Assembly: GCF_000150275.1 (NCBI RefSeq) | Contig: NW_002060966.1 | Span: 324,415-388,414, forward strand | Source of the DNA: Trichoplax adhaerens | Lineage: Eukaryota; Animalia; Placozoa | Length of the DNA: 64,000 bases | Direction of reading: 5' to 3' | Shown: in pieces, positions 12,596 through 28,400 of the stretch | How positions within the stretch are numbered: the stretch's first letter is position 1 | How the letters are laid out: each line of letters opens with the position of its first letter | Translations under genes and position numbers: made by a program | The notes under the pieces: model-generated | The model's database searches: none | What the model was told of the DNA's origin: nothing | Seen by the model: only the letters and a program-made list of their open reading frames with translations

Positions 12596-15500
12596 TCTTA
12601 ATATACTATATTTAATCATCTGGCTATGGCGATTGATTGGATTCGTTTCTATCCCGTACAGTCATTTACAATGGAAAGCTAGTTTTGTATACTACTAAAA
12701 ACTGATTAGTTTGACATATAAATAATTTCGAATGCTAATAGGAATCAACTGCATTTGGAATGAGTTGATTATTAGCGATTAGACTTTATTCTTTCCATAC
12801 TTTCTCACATAATATAAGCAATAGATCGATTGACAGATCATCTACTAGTTCTTATTTTGATATTATTTATTAAATTGCTAAACCCTCAAATCAGTTGAGG
12901 TAACATGGCAGCAAATAAAGTAATTACTATAGGATATAATGAATCAATTAAATCCTTATGTTCAAAATATGCAGAAAACTCTTGTCAAATAATCATTTTT
13001 CTTCTCCTTAAGATATCAGTAACTCAAATGTTCACTTAAAATTTATCTCTCGTATCAACTGAGTAATGATATCTTATTTATTACCTGGTGTTTATCTCTC
13101 TTAGGTCATAATTAATTACTCTACCACCAGCACGATATTTTCTGTACTCTATATATAAAATTGGGCTCTAATTAATTAATTAGTTTTACAAACCTAATTA
13201 CATTCCATTTAACATTCGTGTTGCCAACTATATCAAAATATATAAGAAGAACGAAGTAAAATAATTACTACTATAAGATAAATACAATTAGGTTACTCAA
13301 ATTAGAGTGAGAGGATGTACAAAAAGAATTCCAGATGAAAGTCTAATTTTACTGATCAAAGTATTTAGGATGCAAGTGATATTTTCCTTTATTATTCCTA
13401 TTATCTTACATAATTGCAGTAATTAGCATTTCGGAGCAATTGATTTAATATTTACGAAATACTCAACAAATAATTCTGATCTTGCGCCTCATATATCTAC
13501 ATACTATACGATGTTTCTATACAACTATTTTAATGGAAATTATAATAACACTATTTCTTTTAATGCAAAGTTTTATGTAAAGATTACAAAATGTCTATAT
13601 AAAGTCACAAAATAGCTAACACATAGCAGCACATTTATTAAATGAAATTTCTTGTTCATTTCGGATGCCTTATAATTACGATTCGAAAAGATATACATTT
13701 ACATTTCCCAATTTCGACATAAAGCTTTTCACTAATATGAATTGGTAACAGCTACATGGATACGAATGAACAGTTCAATGTTTTCTAATTTCAGAAATAG
13801 CCTGATAGCATTTTGAACACCTTCTAGAAACAATACAGTCGGTAGTTACCTATCATTGTCATTTTTGCAAAATATCTTAAATACATCAGCAACTGCATTC
13901 TGTTAATATGAGGCAATAGCTTTAAAGTTATATAAATATCAAGAATAGGCGTAATTGATAAGTACAATTTGATTGAATTGTTCATTAATCAGAATACTGT
14001 GCCGGTTTCTTAAAGTTGTGCTACTGTTTCAAAAATAGTAAAACTCAACAGATTATGGAATAACTTGAAGCCTGCTAGTTTCTGGTCATTTAATTATTCA
14101 AATAATGTATACGGGAGTTACTATATTCTCGATTGTATTTAGATTGATTCTCCTTAGTTATAGATCGTTTTTGATGAGTTTTGACATATATACGTGCATA
14201 TAAGAACGTAAGTGTACCCAAACATAGGACTACTCATTTGTCGTCGTAAAAAGACACTTTCTAGTTACAAATCAAGAAATAAGCCAATAAGTGCTCTGCC
14301 TTGCATTTTATATTTCATTGTTCAAGTAATTTCAGCATAACAACAGAATCAAAAAACTACTTATTAAACCACTTATTGCCATCTGAAATTATTTTTTCGG
14401 GGCATTCGATCGCATTAAAGATCTGTCGTTGAGCAAAATATCTTTCTCATGTAGCAAAGACAATTATATTATATATTATATATTATCCAAGTTTTTACCA
14501 TAGAGTATTTGCATTTGGTCGGGCTAGTCAAGGTAATAGTCTCTTTCTCAAATTTATTAAATATAGACCTTAACTGGAATAGACTGATTACGACAGAACT
14601 ATTTTTATTTCTTTATCTTTCTTTCATTCATGAAAAGTAAGTACATCAAATATATTGATGCAAGTAAATAATTTGATAATCAACTAGTTTGCCAATTAAA
14701 TTGAATTCGCTTTGGAGGTCACAATTAAATCATGGCTTTAATTTATACGCAGAATAAGAGCAACAAATATCAATTATTTTTGATGCATTACAAATTATCA
14801 TAGTTTTTCTCCAGGCGGTAGGAAGTGTTCTATAGGATATTATATAACTCGACTGATTCATATTTCGAAAAGATTTCCGGAAGAATATATAGTTAAGCAA
14901 AGGATTCCAATAGTTCCAGGAATTTTCAGTAAAACTTTCTGGTTAATATAATATTAGAAAACTCATTTTATAACTCTAAATTGGAGATAATTCTACGTCA
15001 GTATTGGATCAGCCTGTAAATTGGTTGCCTTAATTTGAAGCCATTTTGTTAGTAAATGAAGATTTCTTTCTAAAGCGTAACTCTGAGTAGATTAATTACC
15101 AACTATCAATAAGTTAATTAATTTACGTTCTTGACTCTATCACATGAAATATAATAAATAAATTAATTAATTAAGATCATAATTAAAAGTTTTTATTTTT
15201 GAAATATTCATTATAAGATTGGATTAAATAATGTTAAATCTGAATTATTTATGATCTTATTACAACAGCATCGAAGCAAGTTGAAGAGCTCTCCCATCAA
15301 ACGTATTTATCAGAAAATCCTAAGTCCTTTTGGAATTACTCCAATAAGAATATTACTTTCAATTTACCATTCAGTAACGGTTAGTATTAGTCCACAAAAA
15401 AACCAGGCAGTATAATAATATCAGCTTTAGTTAATTGTTCATAAGTTTAATATGCATATCTTTCAGCAGAGATGCATGAGATAAGATAAGTTAATTTGCT

Positions 15501-15804
15501 GAATAACAACAGAAACGTTTTAAGTAATGATATATCGTAACTATTTAAGTACATAGTAATTTATGGAGTGAGATAAAATTTTTAATTAGACATGGTAAAG
15601 AGTTAAAATTAATGGTAGCTTATTCTACTGTAACCTCTTTGTCATCAAGCAATTGATATAAAGTATTACACTTGAAGAATCCATTAGATAACTTATTTAT
15701 GTAGCAGTAGAAAAGGATTTATTAAGCAAAGATATAAAATAAGGTAACTAATCAATTCAGGATACAGCTAGTAAAACAGCATAAAATTTCTTGATCAAAT
15801 CGCT

Positions 15805-16175
15805 TACAGAAACTGGGCTTAAAAATTTAAATTGCCCCTTATTAATATTTTGCTAATCTGCCATTAAATGATAAAACACGAGGTTTTGAGCTTCAATAGT
15901 TTATAATGTACCGTATACATTGTCTAGATAAAATCGTACAAAAAATGGGCTAAAAGATTGAATAGCTGCTTAGTAATATTCAGTTCATCTATTTTCAAAT
16001 AATAAAATGCCAGACTTTGAACTTCGATAATTTATGATATACTGTATAAACTTTCTTATAAACTAGCTGCGGAAAATTAGGTAAAAGAATTGAATAGTTG
16101 CTCTTTAATTAGTAGTTAGTTATCCTGCCATTAAATTATGAAAACTCAGGTTTTGAACTCCAATAGTTTATATAA
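15805..16175. repeat. Degenerate tandem repeat, ~132-135 bp x3
   Basis: tttga(g/a)ct(t/c)c(a/g)ata recurs near 15885, 16016 and 16152. ctgccattaaat and attgaatag each occur twice in register. Confidence 0.7.
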
Positions 16176-16423
16176 TTCATATTATGCATTATGCTTTTAT
16201 CCAGTAAGGCTAAAATGTTATTGAAGTATGATATACATGAATAAATCTTGGTTTATATTCACTGCAATTCGTGGAGAAGATTAAGCATTCTCAAAGGAAA
16301 TAATTTTGAAAGCTGACCTAATGCTTCCTTCCTTATTGACATTTACCTTATTGTTGGCCTGAAAATGATACTATAGGAAAATAAGTGATATAATAACAAT
16401 CTTTTTATAATGCTATTTCTTAG

Positions 16424-19400
16424 TTAATTTATCGGACGGCAGTTTGCGCCTCGTCGGTGGAAGAACTCCTTATGAAGGACGTATTGAAATTTATTACAAA
16501 GGAACGTGGGGAACAATCTGTGGTAAAGGCTTTGGCCAAAATGAAGCGGACGTAGTTTGTCGACAACTTGGATATGAGAAAGCAGATTTTTGCTGTTCAG
16601 ATTATTCTATCGGGCAAGGAATAATTTGGCTATATTGGATCGCTTGTCCTACTGGTCGTGAAAGCCATATTTTGGAATGCAATCACAGTAACTGGGGTCA
16701 CAATTTCTATTGCACCTGTCCACATACAGAGGACATCGGAGTTACATGTATAGGTAACATGTTTTAATTAATGATTACTGTTTGCTACTACTACTAGTCG
16801 TATTACATTTCTTATTATTCCAGAGATTTCTTAAACGAAATTCTATATCTTTCTTAGATACGCAGTTTGTAAGAGTATTTGTTTATCGATCTGTAAATAA
16901 GTAACATAAAAATTCATTTTCCGGAAAATATAAATACTTAAGTGAAATGTTCTTATTAATATGCTCTCTAGCTCGCTAAAACTAAGCCTGGATTAATTTA
17001 ATTTAATACGGTAACTTATATCATCATCATAGTGCAATATAGAAGAAATCAAAAGTTAATATTTTTTTAAGATCAAATTTAATGATCGTAACAATTCACG
17101 CCAATAACGCATTTGGTTTCAATTAAATGTATAAAGTTTTAATAAATAATTTGTTAATCCTGAACTGATCAATACGGTGATTAAAGTATATAAAGCATTA
17201 GAAATGCAAAAATATAATAAAGTATCCTCATATTTCGATTAAATTGACGTAGTTAGCTTCTTAAATTAGCTCTAATTTTAAAGAAATGAAAAACTTATTA
17301 TTCTCTAGATTCTATAGATTTCAACCAATACATACATAAATAAAGTTAGCCTGCTAAAGTGTTGCAAATTTTATTTTCAATAGCTAATAACTTAAAAAGA
17401 TATTATTCGGCATTTGATATACTATTTGACAATCGTCATACTTTTAATATATAGTTAGGCACTTTAGAAATATCCCAAATTATAGTCTAGTCATTAAACT
17501 TGTGGTAATAACAGTCAAAGAGTTGTCAACAATTAAACTAACTGCAGTGGTGCCGTAGATTTTATAGATAAAGCAAATCGTTTCATTTATGGACTCAAGT
17601 AACTATGTTTCCTCCGTCATGTCAAAATTACTAACATCTGAAATCTATTCTAATTTTAGGATATGATTACTGCGCTTCTAATCCTTGCGGTATTAATGCT
17701 ACTTGCTATAATAAAGCCAATGATTATATATGTCGCTGTAAGGACGGTGGATTCAAAAAGAATTGCTCCGAAGGTACTATACTATCCAAATTAGTGTATA
17801 GCAGCCTTAAATTACCTAAATTTAACACAGTAAATTAATAGTTATCGTTAATACTTTATCATATTAATATTTCCATATCCGAGGTTATAAAATCATAGAG
17901 TGAGACTTTTATCGTCAAGTTTACCTATCTGTTTATAAATTAATATCAGAAGATGGTCGTTCTTTGATGAATCTAGCTTGTTTAGTTGTTATGCCCAAAA
18001 TTTCTTTGCTAAGTGTAAATTTTGCTTTCAAAAATAGAGTTGTCATTAAATATTTTTTACCAATACGCTAAATATATTATTTTTTAAGCTTATAAGATAA
18101 TTGAGATTCAAGAAATCAGATTAGGGAGCATCATGGGCAACAAATTTGATAAAGTTATTTAGTAGTTATTTAGTAGTTATTTAATAATTATGGAGACTTG
18201 TTTATAACAGTTTTCCAACCACCAATGCACGTATTAGAGCAATATAGCAGTGGATGCACGGATAGATTAAATAAAATTACTGAATATATTTGGGTTATAG
18301 AAATAATCATGAGTGTAATCGTGAATCTGTCATTCCGTTTACCATCCATTAGTTATTATTCCGGGAGCTGTCCGAATCGTGGAGAGTTTAGATAGGATAT
18401 TTGGAACCGTTCAAATTTATTCCGGAACATCGTGGTCAAAAATTTGCTGGAGCTCGGTATATCGTTTAAACGACGCAGCAAAACACCAAATTCAGCAAGC
18501 TATAGCTAAATCTGTGGGACAGAAAATCTGTGAAATAGGAATACGCTACGACGATCTTCGACCAAGTATTGAACCATACGTCAATATTCCTTACATATGT
18601 ATAGCTGATGGAGACCTTGATATTTTGGGTAATTGTTTACCTTGGCAAGAAGGAATATTGACTTCGTATTGTGCCACCCGTAACTCTATTTATGCTGTCT
18701 GTTCGGGTAAGATAGAGTAAAGAGGACTAACTGATTGACCATAATAAGCTTACTTACATTGTAGCGATCAAAGTATACTTGGCTAATCTAGATTCAAGTA
18801 GTAATAATAGACTATTTCTAGTTCAAAAATCAAAGCCTTTTGAAGCAGTCTCGCTTATCTTTTTCTAGAACTTAAGAGATTTTACAAGATTAATGTTTCT
18901 GATATTTTAAATAGATTTTCTATCAGTAACTATAACCATAGTACTGCTTTTAAGCATCCTTCTCGTGCTTATGGCGATTGTAATAGATGTTCTTTAATAG
19001 ACTTACAAAACTTTTATAATGTAGACACAGCTTGTCTGTCTAATCCTTGCGTTAATGGACATTGCACCAATGCTAACGTAAATGATACAGCCTACGTATG
19101 TAAATGCGCAGTTGGCTATACTGGTCGAAATTGTGATATAGGTAATTTCTTGACTTTACTACGCTTTAAAATCAGGCATGATTGACAGTACAGGAAAATT
19201 TGTCTTGCGAGTAGCCGAATAGATCGGTATAGTTGCTAATTATTTAAAAGAGCTTGAATAGTTTGATCTGTGATTTAAAATCCGTTTGAAATACTTTGGT
19301 TTAAATTGGAGTAGAAATTGACCACTGCAAAAGATATCAAAATTTGTGCGACAATAATGCAACTTGCATTGAAATTGGATCGAGTTTTCGATGTGCTTGC

Positions 19401-22400
19401 CCTCCAGGTTACGATGGTTCACACTGTCAATATGGTGAGATGCAAGAAACATTATGTAAAACGAAACTTTACATATTGAGATGGAATATTCTACTTTTAT
19501 ATTTCTCATAACGAATTTCTAGTCGATTACTTGTAGTATAGCCATCTTTTAATACTTAGCTGTAAATAGCAGAGGAGAATAAATTAGACCTAAGTTAATC
19601 CTCTATGTATTGATATTAACCTTACGGAATAATTTATGCTATTTAATTAAAAATTTTAGGTCCATATGCGGACGGGAGTATAAGGCTTATTAAGTTGAAA
19701 TCGGGCGGTTATCAAAGCAGTGAAACATTTAGCCATGTAGCAACATCTCGTGGATATCCAGTTATCTACTTTAAAAGGCAATGGTTTTCCATATGCTACG
19801 ATAACTTTCGCATCACTGAAGCGATAGTGGCTTGTAAACAATTAGGTTACGATACTGCACTGAATTATGGCTATCAAGGGGAAGATCCTGTTTATAAGAC
19901 ATCGTTATGGTATGATCCTGTTGCTTTACAACGTATTCATTGCAATGGCAATGAAAGCCAGCTGTTGGAATGTGGAGATGTCAAATGGGATTTTTGTTTC
20001 AGAAACCAGATAACTGAACTCAATTGCGGATGTAAGCTGCTAGTAGATTTACAACCTATTTTATAAAACGCCTAAATTTCCATTTCTTACTATCAACTAT
20101 GTTTATTTGACAACTTAGCCTGCCCTCCAAATTGCACATGTCGAGAAAATCTCATTATTTGTGTGGGCAAAGAAATTACAGAGATTCCAGAAACTGCTGG
20201 CCTGACTTATGATTATTGCCATATATTGTATGTGCGGCATTAGCTTATGAATATGTGATAATAAAGCTATCCTAAAATAAGGATATGATAATAAAGCTAC
20301 CTTAAATAAAACAAGGATAGGATACTATAGCTATCCTAAACTAAATAAGGAAAAGTCCATCGGCGCTGTATATCTCAGTAGTAGCTTAAAATGTCTTGTA
20401 TTTTATTCAATAAAGTATTTCAATAATAGCCATTATCTTGCTGGGTAAACAAGAATATCTTAATTTATAAATAACCATCTTGTGTGACTAATTAATTAAT
20501 CCAAGTTTTCCCTTTAGGAAGCTTCGTTTTACTAGCGTCAAGGTGATTAAAGACGATTCTTTTCGAGCTTACCCTTATGTGAATAAACTGTAAGCCAACA
20601 AATTTGTTCCTTTCACCGTGAAATTCAACTTTTTAAGTACTTGCAGAATTAATCACTACAGGTTTCTAGATCACAATGACATCGTAAGTATATCGAATAA
20701 CGCCTTTCAGCGCTTGCCTGTTGTCGAGTACATGTAAGTATGTCGTTATGGTACTTGAATCTTTGTTAGAGTAGTAAATTTCATATTTAACAGTTGCTCG
20801 CTGTAGTGACTTCTGCTAATTACAGTAGTTTAGGGCTAATAACCCGTACACTACACAGGCAAAAGGATGTAACACACTCGTAATGTTGATAGTATCCTTA
20901 ATTATAAGAGAATGCTAACTATCACGTTGAGAAATCACAATAACTCTATAGTAAAAGGCCGTAAAAACAATAATAAATTTTGAAGACAATTTTATCAAGA
21001 TATCAACGTTGGCTAAAGGAATCGTTAATTAAATATTATATACAGTATATAAATTTTTAAGCGAGAAAGCAAACTGACATGAAGGGAGATAAAAAAACTC
21101 CATAAATAAGAGCTGCAAATGCGATAAAAATTTTAATGAAACTTTATCAAGAATTCGCCTGCCGCCAAAAGTATATGCTTCCGTAAAATTTAAACTGATT
21201 GTCATGCAAATGATTTAATATCAAATTATTTTCATTCGTTTATGATATATAAATTACTAATAAATACGCATTAATACACGAATTGAGATACTTAATATTC
21301 TTGCAAGACGAGCAGAGAGGAAGTTTTCAAATTCGAGTTATATTAGCTCCGCTTATGATGCAAACTTTTTTTAATTTTATTAGAACTTTAGCTTTCAACC
21401 CTTTAACCAATACATCTGGTCGAGCATTCTCCAATTTGCCTAAGCTTTCCATTCTGTAAGTAATTACGATAAAGTCAGATTACGGTAGTTTAGGCTTTCA
21501 ATAATTGCCTTGACTCTTCAATTTTAGCTAGAGAACAATTAAAGCTAACGAAAAGTTTTATGCGACTCTGAGTTTCTAACTCGGTTTTGATATAATTTAC
21601 ACAGTGAACTTGCCAATACTAGCTTTTCCATCCAAGAAACAATCTTTAATGTGCCAGCTTTAGCTAGATTGTGAGTTTACTAATTGCAATTATAGTTTTA
21701 CCTTGGTTCTACATGATTAAAATATTTTTCTTCAATCTGTTTGTCATTATATAGACATTTGCAAATGATGCGACTGAAGTATTATGATGAAAGAATAACT
21801 CGTAATATGAGAAGATTAAATAAATTGTGAGTATTCGTCGGTTTATGGATTTACATATTGTTTTGTACTGTTTAAATGCCAAAAAAACCTGAAAAAGTTC
21901 TCTCTAGGAAGCACGCCAGCCACTCATTTATTATTCAATCATTTGACACTATCTTTTTTCTTTAAAATCTAGATATTTAGATGAAAATGCGATAGTATGT
22001 CTACATCATGATGAATTCTTTCACTTGAAGAAATTACAGATTCTGTAAGATCTTTCGATACTATTCATGTGTAGAAGAAGATTACAGTCTCCAATTTGAC
22101 GATTGGTCATACTACTTTTCGTTTCTATTAGAAAACTGTACAATTTATTTCTCCAAAAGCCTGCATGCCATCATGAAGAATGATTGTAACTATTTCCAAT
22201 GTCTTCTTCTATCTGTAGCTCCCTGAGGACAAATCAAATTTGGAATATTCATCGTTATGCTCTAAACGGATTAAAGGAATTAACAACATTGTAAGCTTAA
22301 CGAGTTATATCGAAATTAGGCCATTATTTTTCTATTGAGATCATTTATTGATTTTACTAAATGTATTTATAAAATGTGATTGTTCGAATCAGAAAACTAG

Positions 22401-25400
22401 GTGGAAACAGAATTTCTAATATTGATGGCAATATTTTTCATACCGCCCCGAAATTGCAGCTTATGTAAGTATTGACCTTAATCACTCGCTAAACTAAACT
22501 GATGGTATTGTAAAATAAAGATTCCTAGGAAAGATAGAAATATGAACGGTGGCTAATATTTTTATTCAGCATGTAGCAAATTTTATTTAGTACCTTACTG
22601 TATGTCTATTTATATTTCAGAGGGTTACACAAAAATCGATTTAAAGAAATTGGTTACTTAACATTTTATAACTCTTCGTCCATTCATTCAATGTATGGAT
22701 GTCTCTTTATCTCTATTAATCAATTTTAGATAGTATTTCTGTATTATATCGATGCCATGGACTAAGAATTTTTATTTCCTTCGTGAATTTTAATCTACGA
22801 CAATATATTTTATGGCACGCTGATAGCAATCTTAGGGACAATTCGATTAATTACATTTATCCAGATGCATTTCATGGGATGACAGGACTTCGAAAATTGT
22901 AAGCTAGCACTATCATTATACGCGCAGCTTGAGATAAACTTATAAAATGGTGGTTATACGTGCATATTCATTATTCGTTCATGCTTTTCTAAAACATTTT
23001 AGAGAATTAGCCAACAATCGGTTTACTTATGTTTCCAGAGAATTATTATCCAGGCATCTTAGCAATTTAACATATCTGTTAGTTGAAATTTCATACAACA
23101 ACTAGTCTTAAAGCGATCTTTCTAGCTAATTTAATTCTCTAGTTGTTACCTAACTTTATCCTGTCTGTAGACGATAACTATATGACTTCTAATTGTCTTG
23201 GAATTATTTGAATGTCTTGTACAGTGCAAATTTTATGTATCAGCTGATATTTGTTAACAAAATTAGTCAGATAAAAAATTAAAACAGACTACTATAAATT
23301 CTTTCGATTGAAAACGAAACCTAAATATGTCCTAATCTACATACTTGTATGCATCGAGCGAATAACTCTGGAAAATGCACATAATCTTAGAAATACATCA
23401 CTATAAGTTCAACTTAATTTTTCCTCAGTTCCATTAGTTAAGGGTGAACTCTACTGCGTGGTATTGAAGTGTAGAGCTCTTTAATTTTTGGTGATAAATT
23501 GATCGGTTAACGTGATTCTGTTTCGCCTTCGGAAGCTTACTTAATTTTCCTAAGTTACTAGGATAAATACTAATCGTTATTATCATGTTAGATATACTAT
23601 GCTTACTAATTTGCTATTCTTTAACTCGATACTATTACTATAGCTGTCTAATGGGAAATTTCATTTCAAGAATAGAACCACGAAGCTTTAGTAACTTGAT
23701 AAATTTGCAAACGTTGTAAGTTTCATTTGTATTGTAGTTTAAGAATATTGTCTACCATGAATAATGAATTTACAGTAGGTTGCATATGTAGTACTCATGA
23801 TTATTAGTGTTTAGTATCATAAGACTTAGAATACTGCTTGCAATATTATATTCAGAATAGTTTAGTCGATGGTTTTTATGTAACATCATTTACTGTTAAA
23901 TTTTTGGTACAGGGTTTTATCCAATAATCCGATATCAAATCTATATGGTTATGCATTTTCTAAATTAAGGAACTTAACCAGATTGTGAGAGATTTTCAAA
24001 TTAATAACTAATGCTCGCTAGAAAATCAATAGCTCACGGAGCAAATACGATTATAAATAATTAAAACCTGAAATTAATTGGAAGTAAACAGTAGTTAATC
24101 AATAAATACTATATAACTCTAGAAGTGTAAATCATTGCCTGTTAGAGAAGATCGAAAAGAATGTATTTTCGGGAAGATTACTTAACCTTCAAATTTTGTA
24201 AGTTTATCCATTTTTGTGATTTCCGAAACATATGAAATCTATTGAGAAAAAATTGGAAGTAGCCAAAATATAGTAATTTTGGAAGTTGAAATTTGCCATC
24301 ACGTGAATTTAAAAACATTTACCAACCTAGCTATTTTATAATATTTTATAAGCTGTTCAGAAAAATAGTAATTCTAGTGACTTTTAGCATAATTGAAGTC
24401 AAAATTAAAATTTTGGAGACTAATAGTAAAATTGAATTTAATATACTTTATGCTATATTATTTCTTATGTTTGCTAGCACATTGCGATCATCGCAGCGAA
24501 TCAAATATAATATTGCAGTCTAATTTCGAGAAAATATTATTAGGGATCTACAACATAATAACTTAATAGATTTACAATTTCTTGGAGAGATGCCCAGCTT
24601 GCGGAACCTGTAAGTTGAACGTATATTTTAATAATAAGCATGTTTGTAGTATCTAAATGATACGATAAAATTGCCCGTTCTAGATACTATTTGCAGGCTA
24701 TGTGAATAGCGAAAAACCTTCTCAATATATTTTAATTTTTAACTATCTACTATGCATTAAATATCTCATTTAATTTTCATCTTACCTTGACGGAATTTCA
24801 TGCATTAGCTAATATTTTGCATTAAAGCTTCTAATAGATAATAGCAGTAATTATATGCTTTAGGCAGTGGAAAGATTTACGGTAGAATTCTTCTTATATT
24901 CCAGTTTTCTATTCTACTATTATGATTAAAAAGTATTAAATATTATTAGGAATCCCCTGGCAATTCTGAATATATATCGTTAATCTAAGTAATCAATTAT
25001 AAAGTGTTCTCTTATAATAATATTACTCTATGGTTCATTGTTACGGAGCAAAGCATCGTACTTGCTAATTAAATAGATTTTGTCAGTATTTAGCTAATGG
25101 ATCATATTGGTAAGCATGATTGAAATTAAGAATATTAATTTCTAGATTGCTAGACGACAAAAGGCATAATTGTATTTGCAATTAATTAGTAGAGCCTATA
25201 TACAGTAGATATTAATAATGGCGATACGTTAGCACCCGCTACGAACGCGCGATTATCATGCATTTATCGTGCGATTATCGCGCATTTATCGTGTGATTAT
25301 CGCGAATTTATCGTGTGACTATCGCGCACTTATCGTGCGATTATCGCGTATGCAAATCATGTAAATCTTATATTGTCAAGTTACTATGTGTGCACCATAA

Positions 25401-28400
25401 ATTTAGTGGAATGGTATAAAAGGACGAGCGAATGCTCAGTTCCTGAGTTCCTTATTAGATCGTGTACGAGAAGGTACTCGGCTACTCTACTAATAAAAAC
25501 TATACTAATCTTTTAGAACAGTCTTATCCCTGTGTGACCGAAAGTAGTAAAGAACTACCATACAGTAGATCTCCAGATGTAGTGGAGCAAGGCATAAGTA
25601 ATCTATTAGTTTAGTGTAGTAGTTCGCAACATAAGTTTGTGACATTCATATACTTGAAAGAAAGTTTTCATTTCTGAGATTAATGGTAGAAGCTACTATT
25701 TCTTGGTCTGAATTAGGTTTCAACTTTAACATCGATCACTATGTTTTGATAGCAATTTAGCCGAAAATAAGTTGAAGATATTGCAATATGATAATTTCAA
25801 GACTTTGCCTGGTCTACAAAACCTGTAAGTAATTGTGAATCATTCTTAAATTATATGTGTTAGCTCGAATTTTTAATTACAGTTTGAAGAGTCCTCATTT
25901 TAAGTTCGAGTTTTTTCATATTTAAGATTATTTCAGACAGATGGTATCACATTTATGACGATGACAATAAAGCAGTCTAAATTGCACTATTCATTAACTC
26001 ATTACAATTACACATATTAGCTTTGATCGTACAATATCACATCTTCTCTCGATTAGCTATTATTTCAAATATTAATCAGCGCTATTCTTACTATTATCAA
26101 AAATTTTTTTTTTTCATACGTACATGCAGTTCTAATCTATTTCTAATCTATTCAAGAGGCTTTAGCTCGTAATTTTAAGATCAATCATAACAAAGTCTCT
26201 TGTTTTAGGCCTATAAATGTAGCTTAATTGATATTTACATAATTTAAACCAGGAATCTATCCAAAAATTACTTTCTAACATATATGGAACCTCATATTTT
26301 TGGCAATTTGCACTCTCTAGTGACGCTGTAAGTAATAAAGCAAACTGTCTTATAATAATACTAAGCAATTACTTTCAACTTCGTTCTGGTTGTATTATGC
26401 TTAGGGATTTGCACGATTGCTATAATATTAAAGGGAATCTCGAGGCTATCTTGAACTCTAAATTACTTCATCTTACTAAATTGTAATTCAATCACTCTCA
26501 TCTTCACATTATTCTAAAGTTTAAAAGTTTAAAACAGAACTGTTTAATTTATAGGAATATGGCACATACCGGACTCTCTAAAATAACTGATTATCACTTT
26601 GAAAATTTTAGTTCCCTCATCGAGCTGTAAATAATTCTGTGTATTCTTAAAATGAAAAATACCGATTATTTATTAAATCAAAACGATGCCTGATGTATCA
26701 TCTACCTTATTCATATAATGTCATAGAATAACCACATTAGTTTATGCAATTGATATACAATCATCGATGAAACAAAGTATTAATGCATATTTTAGTAATT
26801 AATGTTATGAATTGATGCTGTATGACATAGATGCAATTTAATTTTCGTGATATTCTGATTATTAAATCATATAGTTATTAGTATTTATTACCTTTAACGC
26901 TATCGGGAAATTTCGGTTCTCATTTTCTTTTACGGTAATAATACTTGCTACAAAATTTATAAATTTCTACAGAATACCGCTCAAGCGTTACTAGTAAAGA
27001 CATTAATTCCATGGAACTAATGCTAATGATATAGAAGATATTTCTATCATTCATGATGCGCAGATTGATTGTAACAAAAAAATTACCGGCATGCTGCTTA
27101 GTACAATAATTCTTTCCTGTCTGTTGTAAATAGCTTTAAAGTTAAAATTATTGTGGACTATATCATTGGCGTAAATCAATTAATCGATATATTTGATTAG
27201 TTTATCTGCAAAAACCTTAATCCATAATTCTAACTAATAGCAATAGGATCATTTTTGGAAAATTTGGTAAATTTGTTTTATTTTTTCTCTGTGCAGGGAC
27301 ATTAGTAACAATAAGATTCAAAAATTACCAAATAAACGCTTTTTTGGAGACAAATTGAAAATTTTGTGAGTAGAACCATTATGTTCACTTTTTAAGATTT
27401 GTTATCGAAATCAACGCCTTAAAAATGGGTTATTTGTGCCGCCTATTCTTTCAATGATACTATCTAGAAATCTAAACGGAAATAATTTCACATCTATCAA
27501 CTGCTCTATATTTAATCCAGTTATCAAATCATGGAAATATTCAACGTGGATACGACATTTGTCAGTAACAAAAAAATTATTAAGACGGAATTAAAATATA
27601 ATACCTGAAAAATATATCTAATGAAAGAAAATTCTACTCCAATTACAGGCACATTTGGGATACTTCCGTGGTTAACTATTCCGTTAATTGTCGGAATTTA
27701 TTCACTAAGTTGACAGGACTGTAAGTTTACCATATTCTTTAAAAGCAAAGAGGTCGAAAATTTATTTCAAATAGGAAGAACTTTTCTAGAAATAAAGAAA
27801 CATCTACTGTTGATACTAGCATTACTAGTATTGATGTTACAACAGAGCTCATGACTATCGCATTACGTAGTATAACTTTCTGCTTTTGGCCATACTCTTA
27901 TTGTAATGTAGTATGCGCTTTAAATTATTCCATTCATATTTATTTACACTTTTAATTAACTTAGATTTTATTCACAGGAGTGTTGGTGGTCAAAAAACAT
28001 TTCATAATAATGAACCCTCAAAAATTACTGAATTTTTAAATAACTTGGGCTTCATTACATATTTGTAAGTTGGGATACTATGATTCTGTGGTCTGCTCCT
28101 AAATAGTAAATTTTATATACATGTTATATGAAATGGAAATATCTTAATAATCAATACAGAGTTACTCTATATTGAAGGTTTAATGATAATTTAGATTAGA
28201 TATGGTAGCAATTGTATGTAAGCAATATAAAATCCCTCTATGGATAGATGCTAAGTTCACCTTCCATTAGATATTAACCTATCCTTGATATTCCTTCCTT
28301 TTCATTTACAGAAACATTGCCGATAGTAATATTAAGTCTCTACCTGTCCAATTCTTTTACAATAGGAGAAAGGGTGATTTAACTCTGTAAGCAATTACTA

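Noticed and set aside
13370-16365. Candidate signal-peptide exons for the SRCR-GPCR (13370 MQVIFSFII..., 14106 MYTGVTIF..., ~14440-14532, 16321 MLPSLLTFTLLLA)
   Set aside because: None combines an in-frame ATG, a convincing signal peptide and a strong phase-1 donor, so the start is left unresolved.
16858-16868. Possible 11-nt microexon (tag|atacgcagttt|gtaag) after the first SRCR exon
   Set aside because: It would break the frame between the phase-1 SRCR and EGF exons.
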